A stretch of DNA of 56,602 nt. It comes from a virus. Positions 33,336-43,785 of this stretch are shown in pieces. Under the pieces are notes generated by a model. It ran no database searches. It was not told where the DNA came from and was given only the letters and a program-made list of their open reading frames with translations. A program made the position numbers and the translations under genes. How positions within the stretch are numbered: position 1 is the first letter of the stretch; every line of letters begins with the position of its first letter. The DNA is taken from IMG/VR virus record IMGVR_UViG_3300045988_059190, one strand, 5' to 3'.

Positions 33336-36092
33336 ATGACAGAAGATGGAAGTATTGTTATTAACACAAAAATCAGAACTGATGGTGTAAAGGCGGGTGC
33401 ACAAGAAATTGAAGCCGGATTGCGAAGAGCAGCAGACAGGGTGGACAATTTGGGGGCGTCTGCAAAAAACGCCATAAATAAGCAAATAGACGCTTTCGCA
33501 AAACTGAATAACGAATACAGCGCACAAGAGCAAAAGGTAGAATCGTTACGGCAAAAGGTAGCATCCTATGCAAATCAGCGCATCCCAACTACTGAATACA
33601 AGGAAATATCCGACCAAATTTCAAAAGCAGAAGCAAAACTCAATCAGCTTATGTCATCACAGGAACGTTTTATAGCAAACGGAGGAAAAAAGAACACTTC
33701 GACTTATAAAAAAATGCAGTATGACATAGATGACCTTGCGAACACTATTAAATACGCACGGTCGGAGCTTATTGACCTGGAAGTTTCTGGAAAAGCCTTT
33801 TCGACTGGTGTGAACACCAAAGAAGCACAGGCAGACATGGAAAGACTTGCGAGTGCAGAAAGAAGACTTGCTGATATGCAGAACCGATTAAACACATCGT
33901 ATTCTGGCATTAAAAGCAAACTTGCAAGTTACGGTACTGGTTTAGTTTCCTTGAAAGAAAAACTTTTTGGAGTAAACAGTGCTAATAACAAAACTGCAAA
34001 TTCCAATTCAAAACTGAGTAGGTCATTTAAAGACGCTAGTAAATCAGCCGGATCAGCACGAATGAGTATCGGAAGAATGCTTACAATGTCTCTATTGTTT
34101 AGCGGTGTTTTTCGAATTCTTAGTGCTCTTACACAAGGGATTATTGGTGGATTTAACAATTTGGCTCAATATTCCAAAACCACAAACGCAAATATATCTA
34201 CTTTGTGGGGAAGCCTTGTAAGGTTGCAGAATGCATTTGCTACAGCATTTAACCCTATATTGACCGTTATCACACCGATACTGTCACATTTTATTGACCT
34301 TATCAGTACTGCAATAACCTATGTAGGAATGTTTTTCGGGTATCTTGCCGGGAATAAGACGTACACAAAGGCATTAGCAGTGCAAAAAGATTATGCTGCC
34401 AGTCTGGACAAGACTGCCAAGTCTACGAAGAAAGCCACAAAAGCAGCGAAAGACTACCTGTCACCGCTCGATGAAATTAATCGGTACACAACAAATAAGG
34501 ATACCGACACAACACCATCTGGATCCGATGTAAACGGAACACCGATCAGCAAAATGTTTGAAGAGGTTCCGATAGATGCACCACCGATTTTCGAAAAAAT
34601 CAAGGATGTACTGGGGCAGATATTCCAACCGTTCAAAGAAGCTTGGGAGCGTGAGGGAAAGAATACAATTGATGCTGCTAAGTATGCATTATCGGAACTT
34701 GGAGCACTGGCGAAGAGTGTCGGCAGTAGTATGTTGGAAGTCTGGACAAACGGTACAGGTACACAGATACTGTCTACTATGCTTCAGATCGCACAGGGAC
34801 TGCTTACAACGATTGGAAACATCGCAAGGCAATTAGATATAGCTTGGAATAAAAACGCCGTAGGAACGGCCATTATACAGGCTATAGCAGATGCTTTCCA
34901 AAAGGTACTTGATATCATCAATCGTCTTGTGTGGGATACGGCTCAGTGGGCGGGATCGTTGAACTTTTACCCGTTACTTAATTCGATTAAGAATTTGTTT
35001 GAATCTATGTCACCGCTGATAGAAGCTATTGGAAGTTTCTTAGAAAGATTGTATACGAACATTATATTGCCGGTGCTTACATGGCTGATAGAGAGCGGTC
35101 TTCCGGCACTTATTAATGTACTTGCTGGCTTGTTTAATTTCCTCGGCGAACATCAGTGGATTGTTGATGCCATTGGGACAGCATTAGTTACAGCGTTTGC
35201 TACATCAAAGATAGTTCCTTTAATTGCAACTATATCAAGCGCAGTTCTTGGATTTGCTGGACACATAGGAACATTAATTGACATTTTAAAAGGTGGCGGT
35301 GGACTTGTTGGAGCTATTAGTTCATTGGTAACTACGTTTGGAATCGTTCCAATTGCGATAGCAGTTGCTGTAGCAGCGATTATATTGATAGCTACTCACT
35401 GGGATCAGCTTAAAACCACAATGTCAAATCTTATGAACTGGATAAAAGGAGTATTTGCCACTGACTGGCACGCTCAATTCGGAGTATTTGGAGATGTAGT
35501 GGAAGTTTTTCTTAACAGCTTTAAAGGGATTTTTAACAGCATTAAACAGATATGCTCTGGATTTGTCACATTTTTAAAAGGAGTATTTACAGGGAATGTA
35601 GATATGGCACTAAAAGGAATACTAAACATACTCCGTGGAGCTGCTAACTTAATCTACTCAATTTTTAAAGCACCTGTAAATATGGTTATCGCCCTATTTA
35701 ATGGATTGAATCGAGCGATTATTAATGCAATTAACGGTTTGGTAGACGGACTGAATCACATTAAAGTACCGGATTGGGTTCCAGGTATCGGCGGTAATGG
35801 AATTAATCTTTCCCATGCAAATTACACCAGAATTCCATATCTTGCACAAGGGGCAGTTATTCCGGCCGGAAATCCGTTCTTGGCGGTGCTTGGTGACCAG
35901 ACAAAGGGAAACAACTTGGAGATGCCGGAAAATCTGTTAAGAAAAATCGTAAGTGAAGAAAGCGGTAAAGGTACAGGAATGATAAAACTTGTGGTAAATC
36001 TGGACAGTAGAACGGTACTTGAACGGCTTATTAATACAGCAAAAGAGATGCAGATGTCCAATGGACAGAATGTATTTGAACTTGGGAGGTAG
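33336..36092 (+). CDS. tape measure protein
   Basis: 918 aa with an N-terminal coiled coil and central hydrophobic/Gly-rich segments. Canonical position. Confidence 0.9.
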   Translation: MTEDGSIVINTKIRTDGVKAGAQEIEAGLRRAADRVDNLGASAKNAINKQIDAFAKLNNEYSAQEQKVESLRQKVASYANQRIPTTEYKEISDQISKAEAKLNQLMSSQERFIANGGKKNTSTYKKMQYDIDDLANTIKYARSELIDLEVSGKAFSTGVNTKEAQADMERLASAERRLADMQNRLNTSYSGIKSKLASYGTGLVSLKEKLFGVNSANNKTANSNSKLSRSFKDASKSAGSARMSIGRMLTMSLLFSGVFRILSALTQGIIGGFNNLAQYSKTTNANISTLWGSLVRLQNAFATAFNPILTVITPILSHFIDLISTAITYVGMFFGYLAGNKTYTKALAVQKDYAASLDKTAKSTKKATKAAKDYLSPLDEINRYTTNKDTDTTPSGSDVNGTPISKMFEEVPIDAPPIFEKIKDVLGQIFQPFKEAWEREGKNTIDAAKYALSELGALAKSVGSSMLEVWTNGTGTQILSTMLQIAQGLLTTIGNIARQLDIAWNKNAVGTAIIQAIADAFQKVLDIINRLVWDTAQWAGSLNFYPLLNSIKNLFESMSPLIEAIGSFLERLYTNIILPVLTWLIESGLPALINVLAGLFNFLGEHQWIVDAIGTALVTAFATSKIVPLIATISSAVLGFAGHIGTLIDILKGGGGLVGAISSLVTTFGIVPIAIAVAVAAIILIATHWDQLKTTMSNLMNWIKGVFATDWHAQFGVFGDVVEVFLNSFKGIFNSIKQICSGFVTFLKGVFTGNVDMALKGILNILRGAANLIYSIFKAPVNMVIALFNGLNRAIINAINGLVDGLNHIKVPDWVPGIGGNGINLSHANYTRIPYLAQGAVIPAGNPFLAVLGDQTKGNNLEMPENLLRKIVSEESGKGTGMIKLVVNLDSRTVLERLINTAKEMQMSNGQNVFELGR

Positions 36093-36096
36093 GTAA

Positions 36097-36471
36097 ATGG
36101 CACAGCAAGTGATTAAGATTAATGGCCGGACTATTCATCAGCCAGACACATTCAAATTCAGCTTTGCCACTACCTCTACAGAGGTAACAGAGCGATTAAT
36201 GAGTGGCGTTATGTGCAACGAACCAATGTTCACGGTAGAATCTTACGCTTATGAGGGGAGTGACATAAGCATATCGGAAATGTCAAGCCTTTTGCAGATG
36301 ATTGTAAATCAAAGGCAAGTGCGGTTATATTATTTTTCTGTATATTACGGAAGATGGAGAGAAGCACCGTTTTACGTTACACAAGGAAGTGTAGATATCG
36401 GGACATTAAAAGAGGGAGAAGAAAAGTATAAATCCCTTAGTTTTAACATAATTGGGGTGAATCCACTATGA
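36097..36471 (+). CDS. small distal-tail-like component
   Basis: 124 aa directly after the TMP gene. Smaller than a classical Dit. Confidence 0.5.
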   Translation: MAQQVIKINGRTIHQPDTFKFSFATTSTEVTERLMSGVMCNEPMFTVESYAYEGSDISISEMSSLLQMIVNQRQVRLYYFSVYYGRWREAPFYVTQGSVDIGTLKEGEEKYKSLSFNIIGVNPL

Positions 36472-38741
36472 TACACATTAGCAATGCATATAAGAAAGCT
36501 ATATACGGACGTAGTGACTGGTATCCATCTGCAAGGGTTACTTTCTTGGATGGCACAGTGTTAAATCTTGGAAAATCTGAATTTCTAATATCCGGGAATA
36601 ACATTGTAGATGGTGCCGGAACACAGAGTTTACCGCTCGGAAATGTGGTATCAAGAAAAATATCTGTAAAATTATACAATGCCGATGATCGCTATAAGAT
36701 ACACAGCTTTCTCGGTGCGAAAATATCTTTGTACAAGACCATAAGTACGGAAAACGGGGATTTGAGTATAAAAAGCGGTACATATACCGTTATTGATCCA
36801 GAAAGCTATGGAGATACCGTAAGCTTTTCTGCTTATGATGATGCGTATAAGCTTGATCGTGATTATACAACGCATTTAAAATATCCACTCAAACTGTCTG
36901 AAATATTGATAGATTCTTGCAGAACGTGCGGAGTGCAGTTAGACACAGTGCATTTTAACGGAGAAGATATAACCGTAAAAGAAGCACCGACAAACACTAC
37001 TCACAGACAGGTTATTGGATTGATATCCATGATCGCTGGTGGCAATGCCTGGATGAATGCAGACAACCATTTACAGATTACAGATTACGACATGACACTT
37101 TTTGATGGAATGACCGATCTTGACGGTGGGTGGTTTGATGATCCAAGACAGAGTTATGACGGCGGTCAATTTGAGACAGACGTTATCACCGAAAAGTATG
37201 TGACATATTCCGATATGACTGGTGGAAGTTTTGGTGATGATATTAACGAATTTTTTTATGATGATCTCGACTGGAACAAAGAAAAGTATGCAAGCGGTTC
37301 CGACATGGACGGTGGCTATTTTGACAATGGATTAGAACTTTTAACAGATGATTCTTATGGGATTATGTATCGTTCAGTAGAACGAAAACAGAGAAATCCT
37401 TATCACTTAATATCAAAGCAACATGATGGATTCCGGCTCAGAGACGGACGTACATTAGGCGTTCATTCGGTAGATACGGAAGAGGCAAGCGGATATATTC
37501 TTTCCGATGCCACTACTTACTACACAAGTGGAAACAATGCCGATGATGGAACATTTGAGTTAGCGGATAATTTCCACTTTTTAACACAGTGGAAAATCGG
37601 GTTAACAACCGGAGTTGAAAACATTAAGATTACAGGCGTGCAAACAACGGATAATGAGAACACATATACTTACGGCACTGATGGGTACGTTTTGGCAATA
37701 GAAAATTCGCTTATTGAAGATAAAAATCTTCTTGTAAATACAGTTGGGGCAAAGCTTGTAGGATTAACATTTATGAATTTTTCTGGTGAACATTTATCTT
37801 ATCCTTTGGCAGAGTTTATGGATCTTGCCTATGTGATTGATCGTGCCGGAAAGACGAACAGGACGATCCTTACAGACATTACATTTAACTTCCTTGGATT
37901 TACTCAGCTTAAATGCTCGGCTGAAAATTCTGTGAGAAACAGTAGTAAATATGTAAGCGCAGAAACCAAAGCTATTCAAAAATCTTCGAAAATTACTGAA
38001 AAAAAAATTAGTAAATATGATGAAGCCGTTCAGTCCCTAACAGCCTTAATGACACAGGGAATGGGATTTTTTAAGACCGAAGAAATCAAAGAAGATAAAT
38101 CAGTTATATTTTATCTCCATAACAAAGAACGGTTGGAAGATTCGAGCATTATCTGGAAAATGGTTGGTGATGCATTTGCAGTGTCTACAGATGGTGGGAA
38201 GACATGGAACGCCGGTTTGGATTCTAATGGCAATGCAGTAGTTAATGTACTTTCCGCTGTAGGTATTAACTGTGACTGGATACATTCTGGAACTCTGACG
38301 CTTGGTGGTTACAACAACACAAACGGGCATTGCGCTATCGAAAATGCGAGCGGTAAAGTAGTCGGAACATTGGGAGTAAACGGATATTACTCAAATGATC
38401 CGAGTGACAAATATGCCATCAGGATAAACAATGGACATGTTGAAATATATGGTGGTAAAGGTACACTGGTCGGAATAGTAGAATATGTAAAAGGTTCAAG
38501 CGATGGCGCAGAAGGATTGAGCTTATATGCGTATGGTGGTAGTGGGCATTCTTCAATCATACTCAAGAATAATGGTTCCGCTGAAATATTTGGAAATTCT
38601 ATTAACATTGCAACCGACAAACTCTTAACAGGAGGGATACAAACAAAAACCGGACGCGCAGTATTTTCGGACGGAAGTTACTTGGATTACAAAAACGGAA
38701 AATTGGTCAGTGGAAGAACAGCAAGCGGTACAACATTTTAA
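36468..38741 (+). CDS. tail-associated (Tal-like) minor structural protein
   Basis: 757 aa after the Dit-like gene. The N-terminal region is typical of phage minor structural / endopeptidase-tail proteins. Confidence 0.7.
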   Translation: MIHISNAYKKAIYGRSDWYPSARVTFLDGTVLNLGKSEFLISGNNIVDGAGTQSLPLGNVVSRKISVKLYNADDRYKIHSFLGAKISLYKTISTENGDLSIKSGTYTVIDPESYGDTVSFSAYDDAYKLDRDYTTHLKYPLKLSEILIDSCRTCGVQLDTVHFNGEDITVKEAPTNTTHRQVIGLISMIAGGNAWMNADNHLQITDYDMTLFDGMTDLDGGWFDDPRQSYDGGQFETDVITEKYVTYSDMTGGSFGDDINEFFYDDLDWNKEKYASGSDMDGGYFDNGLELLTDDSYGIMYRSVERKQRNPYHLISKQHDGFRLRDGRTLGVHSVDTEEASGYILSDATTYYTSGNNADDGTFELADNFHFLTQWKIGLTTGVENIKITGVQTTDNENTYTYGTDGYVLAIENSLIEDKNLLVNTVGAKLVGLTFMNFSGEHLSYPLAEFMDLAYVIDRAGKTNRTILTDITFNFLGFTQLKCSAENSVRNSSKYVSAETKAIQKSSKITEKKISKYDEAVQSLTALMTQGMGFFKTEEIKEDKSVIFYLHNKERLEDSSIIWKMVGDAFAVSTDGGKTWNAGLDSNGNAVVNVLSAVGINCDWIHSGTLTLGGYNNTNGHCAIENASGKVVGTLGVNGYYSNDPSDKYAIRINNGHVEIYGGKGTLVGIVEYVKGSSDGAEGLSLYAYGGSGHSSIILKNNGSAEIFGNSINIATDKLLTGGIQTKTGRAVFSDGSYLDYKNGKLVSGRTASGTTF

Positions 38742-38753
38742 GGAGACAAGTAT

Positions 38754-39278
38754 ATGACAAAAACAGAAAGTGCGGTTCAATGGGCAATAAATATCGCCAA
38801 CGACAACAGGCATGGTTACAGCCAAGCGAATCGGTGGGGAAATCCAGATTATGATTGCTCGTCTCTTTTAATATCAGCATGGCAACAGGCCGGAGTTCCG
38901 GTCAAATCAAACGGTGCCACATATACCGGGAATATGTACAACGTTTTTCGGGCGTGTGGCTTTTCCGATGTTACATCAAGCGTCAATCGTTCAACAGGTG
39001 CCGGTATGCAACGAGGGGATGTCCTTTTGAATGTAAAGTATCATACAGCTATGTATATTGGTGGAGGGCAGATGGTACAAGCTTCATCCAGTAGAGGACA
39101 CACGGAATCAGGAGATCAAACGGGCACAGAGATATGGGTGTGTAAGTATTACAATTACTCAAAAGGTTGGGATTATGTACTACGATATACTGCTGGGGGA
39201 GATTCGGGCGGCAGTGGAGGACAGGGACCAATACAACCGCCATCCGGAGTTTCGTTTGTACAGTGGATTCCTGGATAG
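38754..39278 (+). CDS. NlpC/P60-type cell wall peptidase (virion-associated lysin)
   Basis: Catalytic Cys context PDYDCSSLLISAW, His context KYHTAMYIGGGQMVQAS, and a G/S-rich tail. Confidence 0.8.
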   Translation: MTKTESAVQWAINIANDNRHGYSQANRWGNPDYDCSSLLISAWQQAGVPVKSNGATYTGNMYNVFRACGFSDVTSSVNRSTGAGMQRGDVLLNVKYHTAMYIGGGQMVQASSSRGHTESGDQTGTEIWVCKYYNYSKGWDYVLRYTAGGDSGGSGGQGPIQPPSGVSFVQWIPG

Positions 39279-39292
39279 AAAGGAGAAGATAT

Positions 39293-39712
39293 ATGGCAAT
39301 TCAAATGCGTAGGGGACAATTAAAAGATTTCGATGCAAATAAGATGCTTCCTGGAGAATTTGCAGTTACTATAGACGAAGCTGTAGAAAACCAAAAAGTT
39401 TTTATGTGCTTTTCCGCAGGAACAGTAAAAGAATTGGCCACAAAAGAAGATTTTGAAGCTGATTTGAAAAGCATACAACAAGCCATAGAAGATGCGAATA
39501 ATGCATCAAAAAAGGCACAAGATGCTATAGACAAAGCTAATCAAATTGTGGCCGGGAAAGTTGGTATCGATGACACGCAGACCAGTGCATCAACTGTATA
39601 TTCTTCACAGAAAAGTGATGAAATATATGTAAAGAAAACAGATTACGATAATCTTGTAAAAAAAGTAGAGACGTTGGTAGATGATTTGTCTGACGCAATA
39701 GTAAGTAGGTGA
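39293..39712 (+). CDS. tail fibre-associated protein (QxRRG N-terminal motif)
   Basis: MAIQMRRGQLKDFDANKMLPGEFAVTIDE resembles the N-termini of HylP/Mtd-N-type fibre proteins. RBS is GAAAGGAG. The track ORF starts at 39167. Confidence 0.55.
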   Translation: MAIQMRRGQLKDFDANKMLPGEFAVTIDEAVENQKVFMCFSAGTVKELATKEDFEADLKSIQQAIEDANNASKKAQDAIDKANQIVAGKVGIDDTQTSASTVYSSQKSDEIYVKKTDYDNLVKKVETLVDDLSDAIVSR

Positions 39713-39716
39713 TAAA

Positions 39717-42401
39717 ATGGCAGATGTATATATAGAAGAATTAAATAAAGCAGATAGTCTTTCGGATGACGATGTTGTCTTGCTCCACACCAAAACGGAA
39801 GATTTGCAACTAACTATCGGAATGCTGAAAGCATTAATGATAGTAGAAAAAGCCATAAAGCTTGCTACTCCGTTTTCGGTATCTATAACAGGAGATGCGA
39901 TCGGGAATGGAAATACAGATGGCAGAGAGATTCTCTCGATTGAATTATCGAACATAAAAGCTTCAAGGTTGAAGAATAGCATTAAAATTAATGGAACGAA
40001 TTTCGACGGAACAGAGGGAATTACTACAGAACGATGGGGAGCAGAAAGAACTGTAACGATCGGTGGATGTAAAAGGAAAGTAAACGGAGAAACAGATGTT
40101 AACTTTCCGGCAAATGAAGTTTTCTCCGGATCCGGACAACCTTATGTCCCGACAGCCGGAGGGGTTATGACGGGCAACCTAAAAAGGGAAATAAACGAAA
40201 CAAGTTATAATTTGTTTGAAGCAACTACAGAAAACGAAGAATCCGGCGTTTCTGTAAAATTAAAATTTGGTGATATTAATGCAAACGCTATTATCCAAAG
40301 TCTTTCACAACCTTATTGGCATAATGGAGTAAATTTAAAAAAATTACTTACAGGAGATGATATCTATGAGCTTGAACGACGAACTTCAGAACTCGAAAGT
40401 ATGGCTACACAAACATTTAAAAATCCGTATAAAAACAAGACAATTGTAGCATTTGGCGATAGTATCATTGCTGGCTGGGGATGGAAAGAGGGAACAGGAA
40501 TCATCCAGCCATTAAAAGAAAAGTATCCGGATGCTACGTGGATCAACAAGGCGGAATCCGGGGCGAATATGGCAGTGACATCCAATCCGTCACATACACC
40601 AATTGTTAACCAGATTACATCATATACCGGTGCTGCGGATGCGATAATTTTCGACGGTGGAGTTAATGATATCAATAACAGCATCCCGGTCGGCTCTATC
40701 GAATCCGGATATGATGCATCATATAACACAAGTACATTCTGCGGTGCATTGGAAAGATCATTGCAATACATCATGGACAGGTATCCTCTGGCGGTTAAAT
40801 TATATATTATTCCACACAGCTTCGCAAAAGACAACTCTTACGTGGACAGCATCTATTCAAAAGCAATTGAAATCTGTGATAAATGGAATACGCCATACCT
40901 TGATATGAGAAAATACTCACAGATCGCCATGACTTCTGCCAATAAGGAAGCATACACCTATAATCCGAGAAGCAAGAAAGGTGACGGTGTGCACCCGAAC
41001 GAAACCTGGTATCGTACATTCTACTGTCCGGTAATCGACCAGGCATTACAGTATCAGGGCATTGGCTCTATTACAGCGTCCGAAGCACCAGAGGTCGTAG
41101 CGGTTACAGGAGTTAAACTCGACCAGACAACACTGACGCTGAATGCCGGAGAATCTGCACAGATTACAGCTACGGTATCACCAAGCAATGCGACCAATAA
41201 GTCGGTTACATGGAGTGCCAACAACAGCAATGTATCTGTATCTGGTGGAAAGGTCACAGCCAAGACAGTCGGATTAGCAGTCGTAACGGTAACTACCGCA
41301 GATGGTGGATACACAGCACAGTGTAATGTTAATGTTAAGCAGACGGAAACAGAGGTTGTGTCAGATGAAATTATTATGCCAGATATGTATAACACAGGCG
41401 TTGAAAATAGTATTCAATTGAAAGAAATAAACACTTCTTCTCTTTCAGGTGCCACACGATTACAGATGACACAGCAAATGGCTGATAATTTCTGTAGTTC
41501 AGATGGAATTATTAGCAATTATCATTTTAACGGAATATATGTTGATTTTAACAAATCAATTACGCAAACTGTTACTTTTAAAAATTGCAAATTCACCGGT
41601 GATGATAATATAGCTTACGCTGTTGTAGTTAGCACGTATGGAGTTGATAAAGGAATAAGCTTTGAAAATTGTGAATTTTCTCATTATAAATCTGCTGTCT
41701 CGTCAGGTACATGGAAAGCTACATTTAACAAGTGCTATGTGCATAATATGATGCAAGACGCATTTAAGATTAATCATTCTGACATTTATCTTAAAAATAG
41801 TTATATTCACTCGTTAGGAATAGATACAACCTCCCACGCCGACGGAGTGCAGATTGAAAATAATACTACAGAAGTAACTGTGCATATATATAATTGCAGA
41901 TTTGATCAGCCTTACACATCTGGCAATACAGAAAATGCGGCTATTTTCGCAAAGTGCAAAAATGCAAATATAATTTTAGACGTTCAAAAATGTTATGCAA
42001 CAGGTGGGAATTATACTATCTATGCTTTGGACAGTGATACTGCAAAAGCGTCTGGAAAAGTAGAGTGTGTAGTTGGTTGTAGTAGCCGATATGGAATCGC
42101 AAATATAGCAGATGGCGTTGAACAAAATGTTGTATCTGCTGATAGCTTGCTAGTGAGCACTGTTCAAAACAGTAAATTATATGTAACAAATTACACGAAT
42201 AAAGAAAGAACATTGAAAATAGTTACAGATATCGAAGAAAAGACCATAACTATTCCAAAATCACCTACTTACGATGAAAATCACACACAAGAGTTTTCAG
42301 TATATCCATATAATGTTGCCGTAGAATATTCGATGGAAGCGAAATGGGTAAAATGTTACGAGAATGAAAATCTTATAAGAACACAGAAATTAGAAAAATA
42401 G
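39717..42401 (+). CDS. tail spike: SGNH esterase + Big_2 + beta-helix domains
   Basis: SGNH blocks VAFGDSIIAGWG, GGVNDI, DGVHPNE. Big_2 is VTGVKLDQTTLTLNAGESAQITATVSP..VTWS. C-terminal repeats NCKFTG/NCEFS/NKCYVH suggest a parallel beta-helix. Confidence 0.8.
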   Translation: MADVYIEELNKADSLSDDDVVLLHTKTEDLQLTIGMLKALMIVEKAIKLATPFSVSITGDAIGNGNTDGREILSIELSNIKASRLKNSIKINGTNFDGTEGITTERWGAERTVTIGGCKRKVNGETDVNFPANEVFSGSGQPYVPTAGGVMTGNLKREINETSYNLFEATTENEESGVSVKLKFGDINANAIIQSLSQPYWHNGVNLKKLLTGDDIYELERRTSELESMATQTFKNPYKNKTIVAFGDSIIAGWGWKEGTGIIQPLKEKYPDATWINKAESGANMAVTSNPSHTPIVNQITSYTGAADAIIFDGGVNDINNSIPVGSIESGYDASYNTSTFCGALERSLQYIMDRYPLAVKLYIIPHSFAKDNSYVDSIYSKAIEICDKWNTPYLDMRKYSQIAMTSANKEAYTYNPRSKKGDGVHPNETWYRTFYCPVIDQALQYQGIGSITASEAPEVVAVTGVKLDQTTLTLNAGESAQITATVSPSNATNKSVTWSANNSNVSVSGGKVTAKTVGLAVVTVTTADGGYTAQCNVNVKQTETEVVSDEIIMPDMYNTGVENSIQLKEINTSSLSGATRLQMTQQMADNFCSSDGIISNYHFNGIYVDFNKSITQTVTFKNCKFTGDDNIAYAVVVSTYGVDKGISFENCEFSHYKSAVSSGTWKATFNKCYVHNMMQDAFKINHSDIYLKNSYIHSLGIDTTSHADGVQIENNTTEVTVHIYNCRFDQPYTSGNTENAAIFAKCKNANIILDVQKCYATGGNYTIYALDSDTAKASGKVECVVGCSSRYGIANIADGVEQNVVSADSLLVSTVQNSKLYVTNYTNKERTLKIVTDIEEKTITIPKSPTYDENHTQEFSVYPYNVAVEYSMEAKWVKCYENENLIRTQKLEK

Positions 42402-42444
42402 ATATGGAAAAAGAGACTAATATAGTACAACTGTAGCTACAAAT

Positions 42445-42678
42445 GTGATAGATTCGTTTGAAATTAGCAGTCCGTATTATCTAGGAAATATGAGCAAGAA
42501 CGGAGCACCAGCTGGAACAGGCGTGACAGGCAAGATCTACTATGCACAGATCTATTCCGGGGATACATTGGTAGCGGATATGATCCCGGTTAAAAAGTCT
42601 GACGGAACATTATGCTTGTATGATAAGGTGCGCAAGAAGTACATCTACAACGCCGGAACAGGCACGTTAACAGAATAG
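42445..42678 (+). CDS. C-terminal fragment of a fibre-like protein (probable gene remnant)
   Basis: GTG start without an RBS. The frame is open from a stop at 42418-20 with no ATG. Ends ..GKIYYAQIYSGDTLVADMIPVKKSDGTLCLYDKVRKKYIYNAGTGTL. Confidence 0.35.
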   Translation: MIDSFEISSPYYLGNMSKNGAPAGTGVTGKIYYAQIYSGDTLVADMIPVKKSDGTLCLYDKVRKKYIYNAGTGTLTE

Positions 42679-42689
42679 GTGGTGACAAG

Positions 42690-42900
42690 ATGAACAATAT
42701 TATTGAATGCAAATTAGAATCGACTCACAAATAAATATTCACCGGTCTCTGGCAGTATGATTGCGGTCAAAAAACTGCGAATTACTGGTGGGGACTTTCC
42801 AGAAGCCGTAGAGATACAGTTTTCCTTAAACGAAAAGAGTGGTAGCGTAATAACAAGGATAGGAACAACAAAGGACAATGGATTGTTCGGGGAGGAATAA
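42690..42900 (+). pseudogene. decayed N-terminal fragment of a paralogue of the 16945 fibre gene, ending in a copy of the portal 3' end
   Basis: MNNIIECKLESTHK-stop, then QYDCGQK, then a frameshift at an A6 run, then KLRITGGDFPEAVEIQFSLNEKSGSVITRIGTTKDNGLFGEE-stop. Compare MNTVRAN..QYDTGRKLEIYGCNLPKSVEVQFSTDKEKGNTITRVGNTNNG in the intact gene. Confidence 0.7.
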
Positions 42901-42978
42901 AAATGAAAGATGTAATACAGAAAACACTAACAGCCGGTACGAAGACAGAATTTTAGAGAGAAAAGGGGGATGATGTAA

Positions 42979-43548
42979 ATGGCTAATGAAAATTTAAAAG
43001 CGCAGAAAATATACGGAAAATACATAAAAGAACTTCCACAAGTCACAGAAGTGAACGATACGGATGATATTATCATAGAAGATTCCACTCCAATAACAAG
43101 CAGGGCGAAATTAGGAGTGCTGTTTGATTCCATTAAAAAAAGAATTGCATCTACTTGGAGGTTTTCAGAACTAAACAACCGAACTATCGTGGAATATGCT
43201 AGTGAGTTAAATATGAATATAATTAAAAATACAGACGAACAGCAAATATACACTCTATATGGCGGTCGTTTTAAGGTAGTATCTGGCACGATGGTAGTTA
43301 ACATTGCCATGAACATTGGGTATGCGAAACTGTTTTCTGTCGAGCAATTAAAAAACTGGTTTGGAGATGACTATGCTACATCACGGCTTAGCATAAAAAC
43401 GTACAATGGAGACGATGTGGCACAAGAAGTGCATTTATACGCCCCGGAAATATGGAATGGTGAAATATTCCAGTATTTCTATCCAACCAATAAAGAAGGA
43501 AGTATGCGTGTTAATTACAGGTTGGAATATGTATATCCATTCACTTAA
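42979..43548 (+). CDS. putative receptor-binding / fibre protein
   Basis: ELPQVTEVNDTDDIIIEDSTPITSRAKLGVLFDSI resembles N-terminal anchor motifs of phage fibres. Confidence 0.45.
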   Translation: MANENLKAQKIYGKYIKELPQVTEVNDTDDIIIEDSTPITSRAKLGVLFDSIKKRIASTWRFSELNNRTIVEYASELNMNIIKNTDEQQIYTLYGGRFKVVSGTMVVNIAMNIGYAKLFSVEQLKNWFGDDYATSRLSIKTYNGDDVAQEVHLYAPEIWNGEIFQYFYPTNKEGSMRVNYRLEYVYPFT

Positions 43549-43785
43549 TAAGTAAGCGTATACTTCTACGGTTGACGAAAAAGAAACTGCAAACTGGATT
43601 TGTCCAGTATGCTCTATCTTATACTTTGCATTTTTTGAAAAGATATAAGAGTTTCTTGCCTTTTAACAGAGGGTGAGCAGGCTATATTTTTATTTAATTC
43701 AGAAAAACACGGGAACGATATTTTTCTGAATTTTTCCCATAATTATAGTATCTTATAGAAAGGAAATTAAGTAATTACGGAAAAA

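Noticed and set aside
39293-42401. Diversity-generating retroelement (Mtd-like N-terminal motif)
   Set aside because: The window contains no reverse transcriptase gene and no template/variable repeat pair.
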